Below, piece after piece: positions 47,543 through 55,163 of a DNA stretch of 55,163 nucleotides. Below the pieces are notes generated by a model. That model had not been told where the DNA came from. It saw only the letters and a program-made list of their open reading frames with translations, and searched no databases. Source of the stretch: a virus (Duplodnaviria > Caudoviricetes). The translations under genes were made by a program, and so were the position numbers. The stretch lies in IMG/VR virus record IMGVR_UViG_3300021976_000002, positions 1 to 55,163 of that record; one strand, written 5' to 3'. The stretch's first letter is position 1. The number at the start of each line of letters is the position of its first letter.

Positions 47543-48349
47543 ATGAAGCTGGCATTGATTCCACCAATCAGTCTTCGACATACTGCTGTGCAGAGCAGGT
47601 ACCATCTCGTCCTGCCTCAACTCCTCGAGGCGCGCGACGAGTACTTCGCCATGTACTACACCATTGCCAAAGAGATCCCAGGCAACTTCATTATCCTGGA
47701 CAATGGTGAGGCTGAGGGTGCTCAGGTTGACTTCGAGACTCTTATCTCCTACGCAGCCGAACTTGATGCTGACGAGGTTGTCCTCCCCGATGTGATGAAG
47801 GATGCACAGAGAACCATTCACCGCATTGAAGAGTTCCTACAGTGGTACGACAACTCTGAATGGGGAGGAGGACGCCGCCGCAACTTTATGTTCGTTGCCC
47901 AGGGGACAACCTACGAGGAAGTCCAGAGCATGATGGGTGAGGTGATGGAAGACAAGGAGATGTCCAAGAACATCTCTGCTGTTGGTATCCCCCGCCATCT
48001 GGTTGAGACATTAAATGACAACCAGGCTCGTGTTGAATTGGCCTACTACTTCCACGAGCGGTACAGTAACAGCGACTACGCACCTGTGGCGATCCACTTC
48101 CTCGGAGCCTCGCCTGTGTACGTTGAAGAGGTGGGCGACCTTCAATCCATTGGCATTGGCCGAGGCATGGACACGTCGCTCCCTTACAATGCAACATACC
48201 ACAGTGTGGAACTTGGAGGGCTTACGCCCGATGTTGTGAGTCGGCCGGATGGGTACTTCGACCTTGACCACCAGGCCTTCAATAGTCAACTGCTCGAGAA
48301 GAACATTCACACCATGATGGACTGGGCCCATGGTCGAACTAACTCCTAG
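47543..48349 (+). CDS. TGT/DpdA-like guanine transglycosylase (TIM barrel)
   Basis: Ordered motifs ILDNG, VLPDV, VAQG, VGIP, IHFLG and MDTS parallel the TGT catalytic core. Lies in the que cluster. Confidence 0.7.
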   Translation: MKLALIPPISLRHTAVQSRYHLVLPQLLEARDEYFAMYYTIAKEIPGNFIILDNGEAEGAQVDFETLISYAAELDADEVVLPDVMKDAQRTIHRIEEFLQWYDNSEWGGGRRRNFMFVAQGTTYEEVQSMMGEVMEDKEMSKNISAVGIPRHLVETLNDNQARVELAYYFHERYSNSDYAPVAIHFLGASPVYVEEVGDLQSIGIGRGMDTSLPYNATYHSVELGGLTPDVVSRPDGYFDLDHQAFNSQLLEKNIHTMMDWAHGRTNS

Positions 48350-50780
48350 GAATGTTACGCGCAAGCATCCGAAGGCGCGGTGCGAAGAGTGCCCCCTGTA
48401 CGAAGTTGGTAAGTTCGTACCGAGTGTTGGTCCTGCCAATGCTGAACTTGCCTTCGTCGGAGAAGCTCCAGGTGTCAAGGAGACTCGCCAGGGTATTCCC
48501 TTCACTGGTCCCTCTGGCAAGCTTCTCGACAAGGTCATGGAGCACCATGGCTTCAATAGAGAAGATGTCTTCCTGAGCAATGCTTGTCTCTGCCGACCAC
48601 CAGACAATGCGACACCAACCAAGTCAGCCATCTTCGCCTGCCGTGATAGGCTTGTCGCTGAACTAGAACAACACAACGTCAAGACTGTGGTGGCGTTGGG
48701 TAACTCGGCTGCTGAGTCGTTGCTCGGTCAGTCAGGTGTCACCAAGCTTCGAGTTGGTCCTGGCAAGCTATCGAAGTATGCCAAGGACGTTCTGGTCATC
48801 CCCACTCTACACCCTGCAGCCTGCCTTCGTCAGGGTGACATGTTCCCCTATCTCGTCACTGACGTTGGAAAGGTAAACGCTACCCATGAAGAGTGGACTG
48901 AGCCTGAGTACAGAGTCCTTGACACTACAAGGGACGCTCTCGATGCCTGTAAAGAATTGGCACGTGTACAGGGACCATTTGTTATCGACATTGAAGTTGA
49001 CATTGAAAAGGACACCGCTTACGATCATCCAAACCACTACGGTATGCTGTGCCTTGGAATCGCTTATGCCCCAAAGCGGGCAGTTGTTTTCTCTGAAGGT
49101 GTCATGGGCGAACGAGACGTTCGAGATGCGCTTGGAGGTCTTCTCCGCAACAAGAAACTTATTGCGCAGAACGGCAAGTTCGATCTAGCGGGACTCTACC
49201 CTGTCCTAGGTCCTCTCGAGCTTTGGTTCGACACCATGCTAGCTTCCTACGTCTTCGATGAACGCCCAGGCATTCATGCGCTGAAGCACATGGCTGTAGA
49301 ATACCTAGGCGCACCCCAGTACGATGACGAGGTGAAGAAGTATGTGGGACCCGGCGACGGTTACGGTGTCATTCCACGAGACGTCCTCTACAAGTACAAT
49401 GCGCTCGATGTTGCCTGTACGTATTCGCTGTACGAGATGTTCAGCAAGCGGCTCGATCTCGATCAAGCGGCGACGCCGGAAGGTCAACGATCGCTACGAG
49501 ATGTACACGACTTCCTCGTGGCAGCATCCAATCAACTCATGTACGTTGAGCTCAATGGCATTGGAGTTGACCGCGAGTATCTAGACACGCTCACGGATGA
49601 GTACCTTGATCGTCTGGATAACATCGAGCAGGACATCAACAAGATCATTGAGGGCCGTGACTACGACAAGCGTGGCGGCATCAACCCCCGATCGCCAATG
49701 CAGGTCAAGCAGTACTTGTCGGACAAGGGTATCATCACAGAGACTACTAACGAAGATGCTCTGAACATGATCAAGGATAGACTTGCAGGGATGATCCTCG
49801 ACCATGACTCAGGAACCAAGAAGCTTGGTGCCTCAGAAAACGTAGCCAGGGAGGTGTTGTCTTTTGTGCAGACGCTGCTCACGCATCGTCGCGAGGCTAA
49901 GCTCTACGGAACGTACGTCAAGGGTATCCGTAAGCGTATGTCCAGGGGAAGAGTGTTCCCCACCTTCTTGCTCCACGGTACTACGACCGGACGGCTTGCT
50001 TGCCGTAACCCTAACATGCAAAACATTCCACGTGAGTCGACTATTCGACGTCTCTTCGTACCATCAAAGCCTGATCACGTCTTCGTGGAGACCGACTATA
50101 GTCAGGCTGAGTTGCGGGTGCTCAGTTACCTTGCAGGCGACACTTACTTCCGTGACATCTTCAACGGAGGAGAGCGTGACCTCTTTGATGAGCTGACTCC
50201 CATTCTGTATCCGGAGTTGCAGAGTAAGGAAGCCTGCCCTCCCGAGCTGTGGAAAGAGATCCGGATTCGAGTCAAGGCTTACGTGTACGGTCTCTCCTAC
50301 GGACGCTCTGAGTTCTCTATTGCCGACGAGTACAAGATCAGTGTTAAGGAAGCCCGCAAGGGTATGTATGCCTTCTTCGATGTCATCCCAGAGATCGTTA
50401 CCTTCAGGAACGAGACGAAGAAGAAGGTGCTAGCCGGAGAGGACCTCATCACTCCTTGGGGTCGACACCGTCGCTACAGTCTCATCACGAAGGAGAACAA
50501 GGACTCCATTCTTCGAGAGGCTCTAGCCTTCCTCCCTCAGAGTACTTCCTCGGACATGTGCTTGCAGGCTATGGGATGGTCTCGTCGTGACCTCAAGGGC
50601 ATCGGATGGGTTCGTAACATCGTCCATGACTCTGTACTCGTTGAGTGTCACGAAGAGGATCAGGATGAAGTCAAGCAGATCGTAGAGACGCACATGATCG
50701 AATCTGCCAAGACGATCGTCGGTGACTACGTCAAGTTCGCCGTTGAGTCGAAGACTGGAAAGAGCTGGGCCAAGACATGA
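48330..50780 (+). CDS. Family A DNA polymerase with N-terminal family-4 uracil-DNA glycosylase domain
   Basis: UDG: CEECPL, VGEAPG, CRP, HPA. Exonuclease: DIE, NGKFD, YNALD. Polymerase: TTTGRL, DYSQAELR, K...YG..YG, VHD. Confidence 0.93.
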   Translation: MVELTPRNVTRKHPKARCEECPLYEVGKFVPSVGPANAELAFVGEAPGVKETRQGIPFTGPSGKLLDKVMEHHGFNREDVFLSNACLCRPPDNATPTKSAIFACRDRLVAELEQHNVKTVVALGNSAAESLLGQSGVTKLRVGPGKLSKYAKDVLVIPTLHPAACLRQGDMFPYLVTDVGKVNATHEEWTEPEYRVLDTTRDALDACKELARVQGPFVIDIEVDIEKDTAYDHPNHYGMLCLGIAYAPKRAVVFSEGVMGERDVRDALGGLLRNKKLIAQNGKFDLAGLYPVLGPLELWFDTMLASYVFDERPGIHALKHMAVEYLGAPQYDDEVKKYVGPGDGYGVIPRDVLYKYNALDVACTYSLYEMFSKRLDLDQAATPEGQRSLRDVHDFLVAASNQLMYVELNGIGVDREYLDTLTDEYLDRLDNIEQDINKIIEGRDYDKRGGINPRSPMQVKQYLSDKGIITETTNEDALNMIKDRLAGMILDHDSGTKKLGASENVAREVLSFVQTLLTHRREAKLYGTYVKGIRKRMSRGRVFPTFLLHGTTTGRLACRNPNMQNIPRESTIRRLFVPSKPDHVFVETDYSQAELRVLSYLAGDTYFRDIFNGGERDLFDELTPILYPELQSKEACPPELWKEIRIRVKAYVYGLSYGRSEFSIADEYKISVKEARKGMYAFFDVIPEIVTFRNETKKKVLAGEDLITPWGRHRRYSLITKENKDSILREALAFLPQSTSSDMCLQAMGWSRRDLKGIGWVRNIVHDSVLVECHEEDQDEVKQIVETHMIESAKTIVGDYVKFAVESKTGKSWAKT

Positions 50781-51109
50781 CCAAAGCATCCTTCATCGGA
50801 CACCACTTCATCGGGGATGGTTGTGCCACGCATGACATAGGTACCGTCGTCAGTAAGTATACTGGACTAGATCCAGTACCTGTTGTTCCTCCTATCGGTG
50901 TACCTGCCAAGCGTCTGGCTACTTCAGAAGACATCTGCACCTTTCTAGGTATGTCGATTAGTAATGTTAGTCGACTAAGTGAGCGCAAGGAAAGTACAGG
51001 CTTCCCAGACCATGTGAGCAAGAGGGGCAATGGCTACTTGTGGGACATGAGAGAGGTCGAAGCCTGGTTCGACTACTGGCGGCTCACTCGCCGAACGAAG
51101 TATGAGTAA
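50777..51109 (+). CDS. AlpA/excisionase-like HTH protein
   Basis: EDICTFLGMSISNVSRL...GFP...LWDMREVEAW. Confidence 0.65.
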   Translation: MTKASFIGHHFIGDGCATHDIGTVVSKYTGLDPVPVVPPIGVPAKRLATSEDICTFLGMSISNVSRLSERKESTGFPDHVSKRGNGYLWDMREVEAWFDYWRLTRRTKYE

Positions 51110-51461
51110 CCCCTCCTCACTTAACTGAGCGGGTGCGGACCTGTTGAGCCACACGCTAAGCTATAGGTGTCAGGTAATCAACAGCTCGAAGGGAGCTACC
51201 ATGTTCAACTGTGATGTGTGTGGCAAGGAACAAGAAGATGTAGGTAGTCTTCGAACGCTTCAGGTTCGTGACACTGAGCACAATGCTATCTGGACTTACG
51301 TTGCCTGCAATCAGGGTTGCGCAGACAAGGTTCGCAACCAAGAACAGCAAGCCATGTTGACAGATGAGCCAGCAAGCATGAACGACATCATCAGCAACTG
51401 GTAGCATCCATCAGGGTGGCCTCACTTGCCTGGGGCCACCTTGCCATGGTATAATAAGTAC

Positions 51462-51749
51462 ATGAGCGAACACGATGAAGAGCTTAAGCGGCTCGCAGAA
51501 GAGACTAACTTGGTCAAGGCTAAGAAGGTAGCCGAAGAAGTTGGATACGATCTTGATCGACTACTCGAGGCCAAGAAGCGACACGGGAGCGCACTCGACA
51601 ATCTAGAAGATGCCAGGTTCGATCTGTACGGACACATCCTAGAAGGACTAGATGCAGGCTTGACTGGTAACCAGCTAGCCAAGATAACTGGTTGGTCCAC
51701 TACTCAGATCTACAAGGTCCGTGACATGCTAAGGAGGAACGATGGCTAA
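51462..51749 (+). CDS. HTH protein, leaderless
   Basis: TTGCCT-18-TATAAT-6-ATG; LTGNQLAKITGWSTTQIYKV. Confidence 0.7.
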   Translation: MSEHDEELKRLAEETNLVKAKKVAEEVGYDLDRLLEAKKRHGSALDNLEDARFDLYGHILEGLDAGLTGNQLAKITGWSTTQIYKVRDMLRRNDG

Positions 51750-52056
51750 GGGACGCAAGGCCCAGATCGGCGACAAGAACGTTAGTGCGAATGGTTACCA
51801 CTACACGCGCACCGCTGATGGCTGGGTGTTCGACCACCACCTGATCGCCGAGGAGAAGCTCGGTCGGAAGGTGAGTGAGAACGAGCGCGTGCGATTCGTA
51901 GACGGTGACCGTAGCAACCTTCACCCCGACAACGTCGAGATCATCAAGAAGGGAAAGGCTAACCTCCGTCGTCGCAAGGCTCAGATCGAGGCACGCATCT
52001 CTGAGCTGCAGGGAGAGCTGAAGGCTCTTGAGGAGGAGATCGAAAGTGAAGCCTGA
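51742..52056 (+). CDS. Degenerate HNH-like protein with coiled-coil tail
   Basis: GY...HHLIAEEKLGR...E.VRFVDGDRSN..PDNV. Confidence 0.65.
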   Translation: MAKGRKAQIGDKNVSANGYHYTRTADGWVFDHHLIAEEKLGRKVSENERVRFVDGDRSNLHPDNVEIIKKGKANLRRRKAQIEARISELQGELKALEEEIESEA

Positions 52057-52484
52057 CGGACTTATCACGGTCAAGTTCAAGAACCAAGACAAACGAACCT
52101 TCCTCTTCAACACCTTTAGATTCTGGCGGCGCGACCCTGCAGGCCTAGTTGTCAGCAAAGAAGATGGGTACACAATCTTCCCTTGGCATGACATCCTCAG
52201 TATCGATGTCATTCGAAACTCCGACCGCTACATTGAGTGGTTACGGGATCAAAGCGGAGAAGGAGTTCAGGGTCCTATTATAGGTGGCGAGCGTAAGGCA
52301 GATGCGAGGTACCATTCCCGATGAAGCACACATGCGAGCGATGCGAGATCGTCTTCGACCACGAGCCTGTTCATGATCAAGGTGAACTGTTCTGGCTTGG
52401 CGAAGATGATGCTCGCACTTGGTGTACCCAGACCTGCTACGAGCTTGACGGCGAAGACAGCTACATGAGAAGGGTCAACCTCAC

Positions 52485-52703
52485 ATGAAGAAGAAGCTCC
52501 GGTACGACAATCGCCTCGCGACAGAATTCGACATCGACGACCCAGAGCTTCCGGAGACCATTAAGAAGAACAAGGTTGCCATCTTCGGTGCTGTGGTTCG
52601 AGGCGGCTCGGACTGCCTCGAGGCTCTTGGTCTGTCGCAGTTCTTCGATCTCACTCCGGAGCACATCGCTCAGCTAGATCTCAAGGTAGCTGAGCTAGCG
52701 TAA
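52485..52703 (+). CDS. Hypothetical protein
   Basis: ORF track; host-like codon bias. Confidence 0.55.
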   Translation: MKKKLRYDNRLATEFDIDDPELPETIKKNKVAIFGAVVRGGSDCLEALGLSQFFDLTPEHIAQLDLKVAELA

Positions 52704-52709
52704 CACCTA

Positions 52710-52826
52710 AGTCTAACAGAGTCTATCCTAAGTCTAACAAGCTCAACTATCATCTGTGAGCAACTCGTAAGGCGCAAGTCTAAACAAAGTCTAACCGCGA
52801 AATTCCAATTGAAGGGAACCACAGGG
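52710..52826. repeat. Intergenic element E: phased direct AGTCTA repeats
   Basis: AGTCT at 52710, 52720, 52731, 52777 and 52788. Confidence 0.8.
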
Positions 52827-52835
52827 TGAGACGAC

Positions 52836-53072
52836 ATGACTCAGCATAGGGGCCGCTGCGTGGGAGGACCGCTACATAACAAAGGAGCGATGGCAGCAGG
52901 TACCAAGTTCACCATCAGGCGAAAGGTCAAGGACGTATTCAACCTTGGCGACCTCAACATCAGAGAGACGGTCGAAGTGATCGACAAGCCTGTTGGTACG
53001 TACCAGTGGGATGATCGAAGTGCTACATGGGAATGGAGGGGCTGGGGCGATGACCCTAATCGTCAGTCTTGA
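52836..53072 (+). CDS. Hypothetical protein
   Basis: CVGGPLH...GTYQW motif. Confidence 0.6.
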   Translation: MTQHRGRCVGGPLHNKGAMAAGTKFTIRRKVKDVFNLGDLNIRETVEVIDKPVGTYQWDDRSATWEWRGWGDDPNRQS

Positions 53073-53514
53073 CCCAGGCGGCACAACCGGAATAGCCTAC
53101 GCAGTAGGACTCACAGGCGAAGGTTGGGACTACAAGGTACAGCAATTGGGTCCCGAAGCCCATCATCTAGTCCTACACAGAAGGCTAGAGAGACTGTACT
53201 GGGAATTCGAACACGATGACATGACTGTGGTGTATGAGTCCTTCGAGTACCGTAACAAAGAAAGACCAGGCTTGGTCCTAGACTCTGTAGAGTACATCGG
53301 AGTGACTAAGACCTTCTCCAAAGCTAACAACGTGCCTACTGTGAAGCAGACGGCAAGTATGGCCAAGGGCTTTGTGAAGGATAAGAACATTAAGCGGCTA
53401 GGCCTGTGGTCTCCGGGCCAGCCTCACGCGATGGATGCACTACGTCACTTGTTGTTCTATCAGACAACAGTACTGAAGGATAAAGCCGTACTAGAGAGAG
53501 GCTGGAAAGAATGA
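53050..53514 (+). CDS. RuvC-like Holliday junction resolvase
   Basis: SLDPGGTTGIA, VVYESF, EYIG and HAMDALRH motifs. Confidence 0.8.
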   Translation: MTLIVSLDPGGTTGIAYAVGLTGEGWDYKVQQLGPEAHHLVLHRRLERLYWEFEHDDMTVVYESFEYRNKERPGLVLDSVEYIGVTKTFSKANNVPTVKQTASMAKGFVKDKNIKRLGLWSPGQPHAMDALRHLLFYQTTVLKDKAVLERGWKE

Positions 53515-53731
53515 CTACAGTAAGACTTCCACCGGAGCTATGGCCAGATGAAGTAGCTGTGGCACTCAACGCATTGTGGGCTAAAGTAGAAACACATACG
53601 GACTGGGATGAGGTTCAAGTAACCCTGGTTAGATCTTCTGGACAGATTACTATCGATGCCTTCGTACAGGACATTTAACCAAACGAGCAAGATCCGTTAC
53701 AATGAATTCGTACATTGAACCAGAGCATAAC

Positions 53732-53786
53732 AAAAGCCCGCTACCTCGTCTGGGGGGAGTTACGAGGTAGCGGGCGGTCTTTGTTT
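53732..53786. terminator. Bidirectional terminator between the convergent genome arms
   Basis: 14-bp stem GCCCGCTACCTCGT/ACGAGGTAGCGGGC, flanked by AAAA and TCTTTGTTT. Confidence 0.85.
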
Positions 53787-53788
53787 AC

Positions 53789-54154
53789 CTAGACTGCTTG
53801 AGGTCCTCTGTGCGCAGCAGGAACAGCTCTAGGTGTAACACTGTCAGGGGTGAAGTACACTGCGATGACACCAATCACAGCTAGTGCAATGTTCACCCAC
53901 TCTGCGTTACTGATGTTGCCATTCGTAATGGCTGAGACCAGAACGTTGAGCCCAGCCAACACAGCTGCTGTGGCCGTCTTGGCCCAGATCAATTGAGGCA
54001 AGTTCGCCGTGAGCCAGACTCCAACGGCCGTGGCACCTGCAATGGAAATGTTGATCCACTCTTCGCCAGTGACGACATCATCTGTCAGAGCCGATGCCAG
54101 TGCAGTCAGTGCAGCGAAGATCAAATAGGCAATAGCCTTGGCTGCAGCCTTCAT
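53789..54154 (-). CDS. Holin-like protein (four TM segments, internal duplication)
   Basis: Two repeats of AK...A.L...D/N..VT/IS.xEW.NI; last gene of the lysis cassette. Confidence 0.75.
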   Translation of the reverse strand: MKAAAKAIAYLIFAALTALASALTDDVVTGEEWINISIAGATAVGVWLTANLPQLIWAKTATAAVLAGLNVLVSAITNGNISNAEWVNIALAVIGVIAVYFTPDSVTPRAVPAAHRGPQAV

Positions 54155-54172
54155 CTTCTTCCCTTCCTAAAC

Positions 54173-54919
54173 TTAGACACAGACAATTCCATTCACTGGG
54201 ATCCTCTGCTCGACAGGCGCTTCAGTGTAGGTAATGATTACCTCACATTGACGAATGTCACCTTCGATGACAATGTTGACGATCCCTCTCCCCGGATCTC
54301 CCTTGTCACCCTTCGGTCCTGCTTCGCCTTGAACCCCTTGCTTTCCTTCTGGGCCAGGAGACCCAGTAGGTCCTATCGGTCCAGGAGGACCCTGCGGCCC
54401 AGTATCCCCTGTTGCACCTGTCGCTCCGGTAGCCCCGACAGGACCTTGAGGTCCAATGTCTCCTGAAGTCCCCTGCTCTCCAGGTTCACCTTGGACGCCC
54501 TCAACCCCTTGTGGACCGGTCGCACCGCGGAGTCCAATGTCGCCTGGAATACCCTGAGGACCTTGCTCACCTGTTTCTCCAGGTAGCCCTCGAGGACCCA
54601 TCGGACCACGACTACCAGTGTCACCCTTGTCCCCCTGATCTCCCTTCTCCCCCGGAGGACCAGGAATCTGTTCTGCAGGAGCATCAGCGACAACCTCGGC
54701 TTGACGACACCACTCATCTGGTACGTCGTCAGATGTTTCCGGATTAGCACACAACGCCTTGACCTGCTCAGCAACAACGGTAGCATTAGCCTGGGATGTT
54801 TCATTTTCCCTTCTGGCAATGTACCTGTCAAATGCACCATAGGCAACGAGGCCAAGAACAACAACTAGCAGAGCGTTCGTTACCCATTGTCTGGAAGAAC
54901 GATCTCTTAACCGGCTCAT
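54173..54919 (-). CDS. Membrane-anchored collagen-like protein
   Basis: N-terminal TM segment, a Cys pair, a long uninterrupted Gly-X-Y tract and a C-terminal Cys pair. Confidence 0.85.
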   Translation of the reverse strand: MSRLRDRSSRQWVTNALLVVVLGLVAYGAFDRYIARRENETSQANATVVAEQVKALCANPETSDDVPDEWCRQAEVVADAPAEQIPGPPGEKGDQGDKGDTGSRGPMGPRGLPGETGEQGPQGIPGDIGLRGATGPQGVEGVQGEPGEQGTSGDIGPQGPVGATGATGATGDTGPQGPPGPIGPTGSPGPEGKQGVQGEAGPKGDKGDPGRGIVNIVIEGDIRQCEVIITYTEAPVEQRIPVNGIVCV

Positions 54920-55163
54920 TCCTGTACCCCCGCAATGCGTCTGTAATGCATTGCCATGTCCTCTGCTTCATGTCGCCTGGTGCGTTCGGCCTCAACCTGT
55001 TGCTGCAGTTCATCGACTCTGTCTGTCAGCCGTGCTACTTGTGTACGAAGATCATCGATCTGTTTAGCATGACGCTCTTCTAGATCTTTGACTTCCTTAG
55101 AATGGTCTTCCCGTTCCTTTGTGAGAGTGGCGCTGTAATCCTTACGGTCTCCGCTACTCTGTC
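54916..55163 (-). CDS. 3' part of the junction-spanning TM/coiled-coil protein
   Basis: Same frame continues to TGA at 54916-54918, which overlaps the ATG of the next gene (ATGA). Confidence 0.8.
   Translation of the reverse strand, partial: QSSGDRKDYSATLTKEREDHSKEVKDLEERHAKQIDDLRTQVARLTDRVDELQQQVEAERTRRHEAEDMAMHYRRIAGVQE
55037..55163. repeat. Terminal overlap identical to 1-127
   Basis: Exact duplicate of the first 127 bases. Confidence 0.95.

Noticed and set aside
47543-48349. TGT-like enzyme modifying the phage's own tRNAs with queuosine
   Set aside because: The encoded tRNA is Lys(CUU), not a GUN-anticodon tRNA. QueF, QueA and QueG were not recognised, and the gene abuts the DNA polymerase.
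50777-51109. Excisionase-like gene as evidence of a temperate lifestyle
   Set aside because: No integrase, ParAB system or clear immunity repressor was found in the apparently complete genome.

Overview
This window looks like a complete, circularly assembled genome of a tailed, siphovirus-like actinobacteriophage of about 55,036 bp. Bases 1-127 repeat exactly at 55037-55163, and one membrane-protein gene reads through that junction. The minus strand (about 22.1 kb down to 1, continuing 55.0-53.8 kb) carries terminase, portal, a GDPD-domain virion protein, head, head-tail and tail genes, then the lysis cassette. The plus strand (about 24-53.7 kb) carries many small early genes, a dense tRNA/tRNA-like RNA locus, an HNH gene, an SNF2-type helicase, a recombination/replication module, a 7-deazaguanine cluster (queC, queD, queE, folE, a TGT/DpdA-like gene and three all-alpha NTP-pyrophosphatase-like genes), a UDG-fused family A DNA polymerase and a RuvC-like resolvase. 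No integrase was recognised. Four observations stand out. (1) The helicase Walker A motif is split by a 5-nt insert (GGT TA GGT) directly after an HNH gene, resembling a miniature T4 gene-60 ribosomal bypass cassette. (2) Two tRNA-like RNAs carry the alanine identity elements but have replaced anticodon arms, within an RNA array that also has a free anticodon stem-loop and kissing loops. (3) The deazaguanine cluster may act at the dNTP-pool level. (4) Five dispersed intergenic elements contain helically phased AGTCT/AGACT repeats. All calls come from motif reading by eye; no database searches or folding programs were run.
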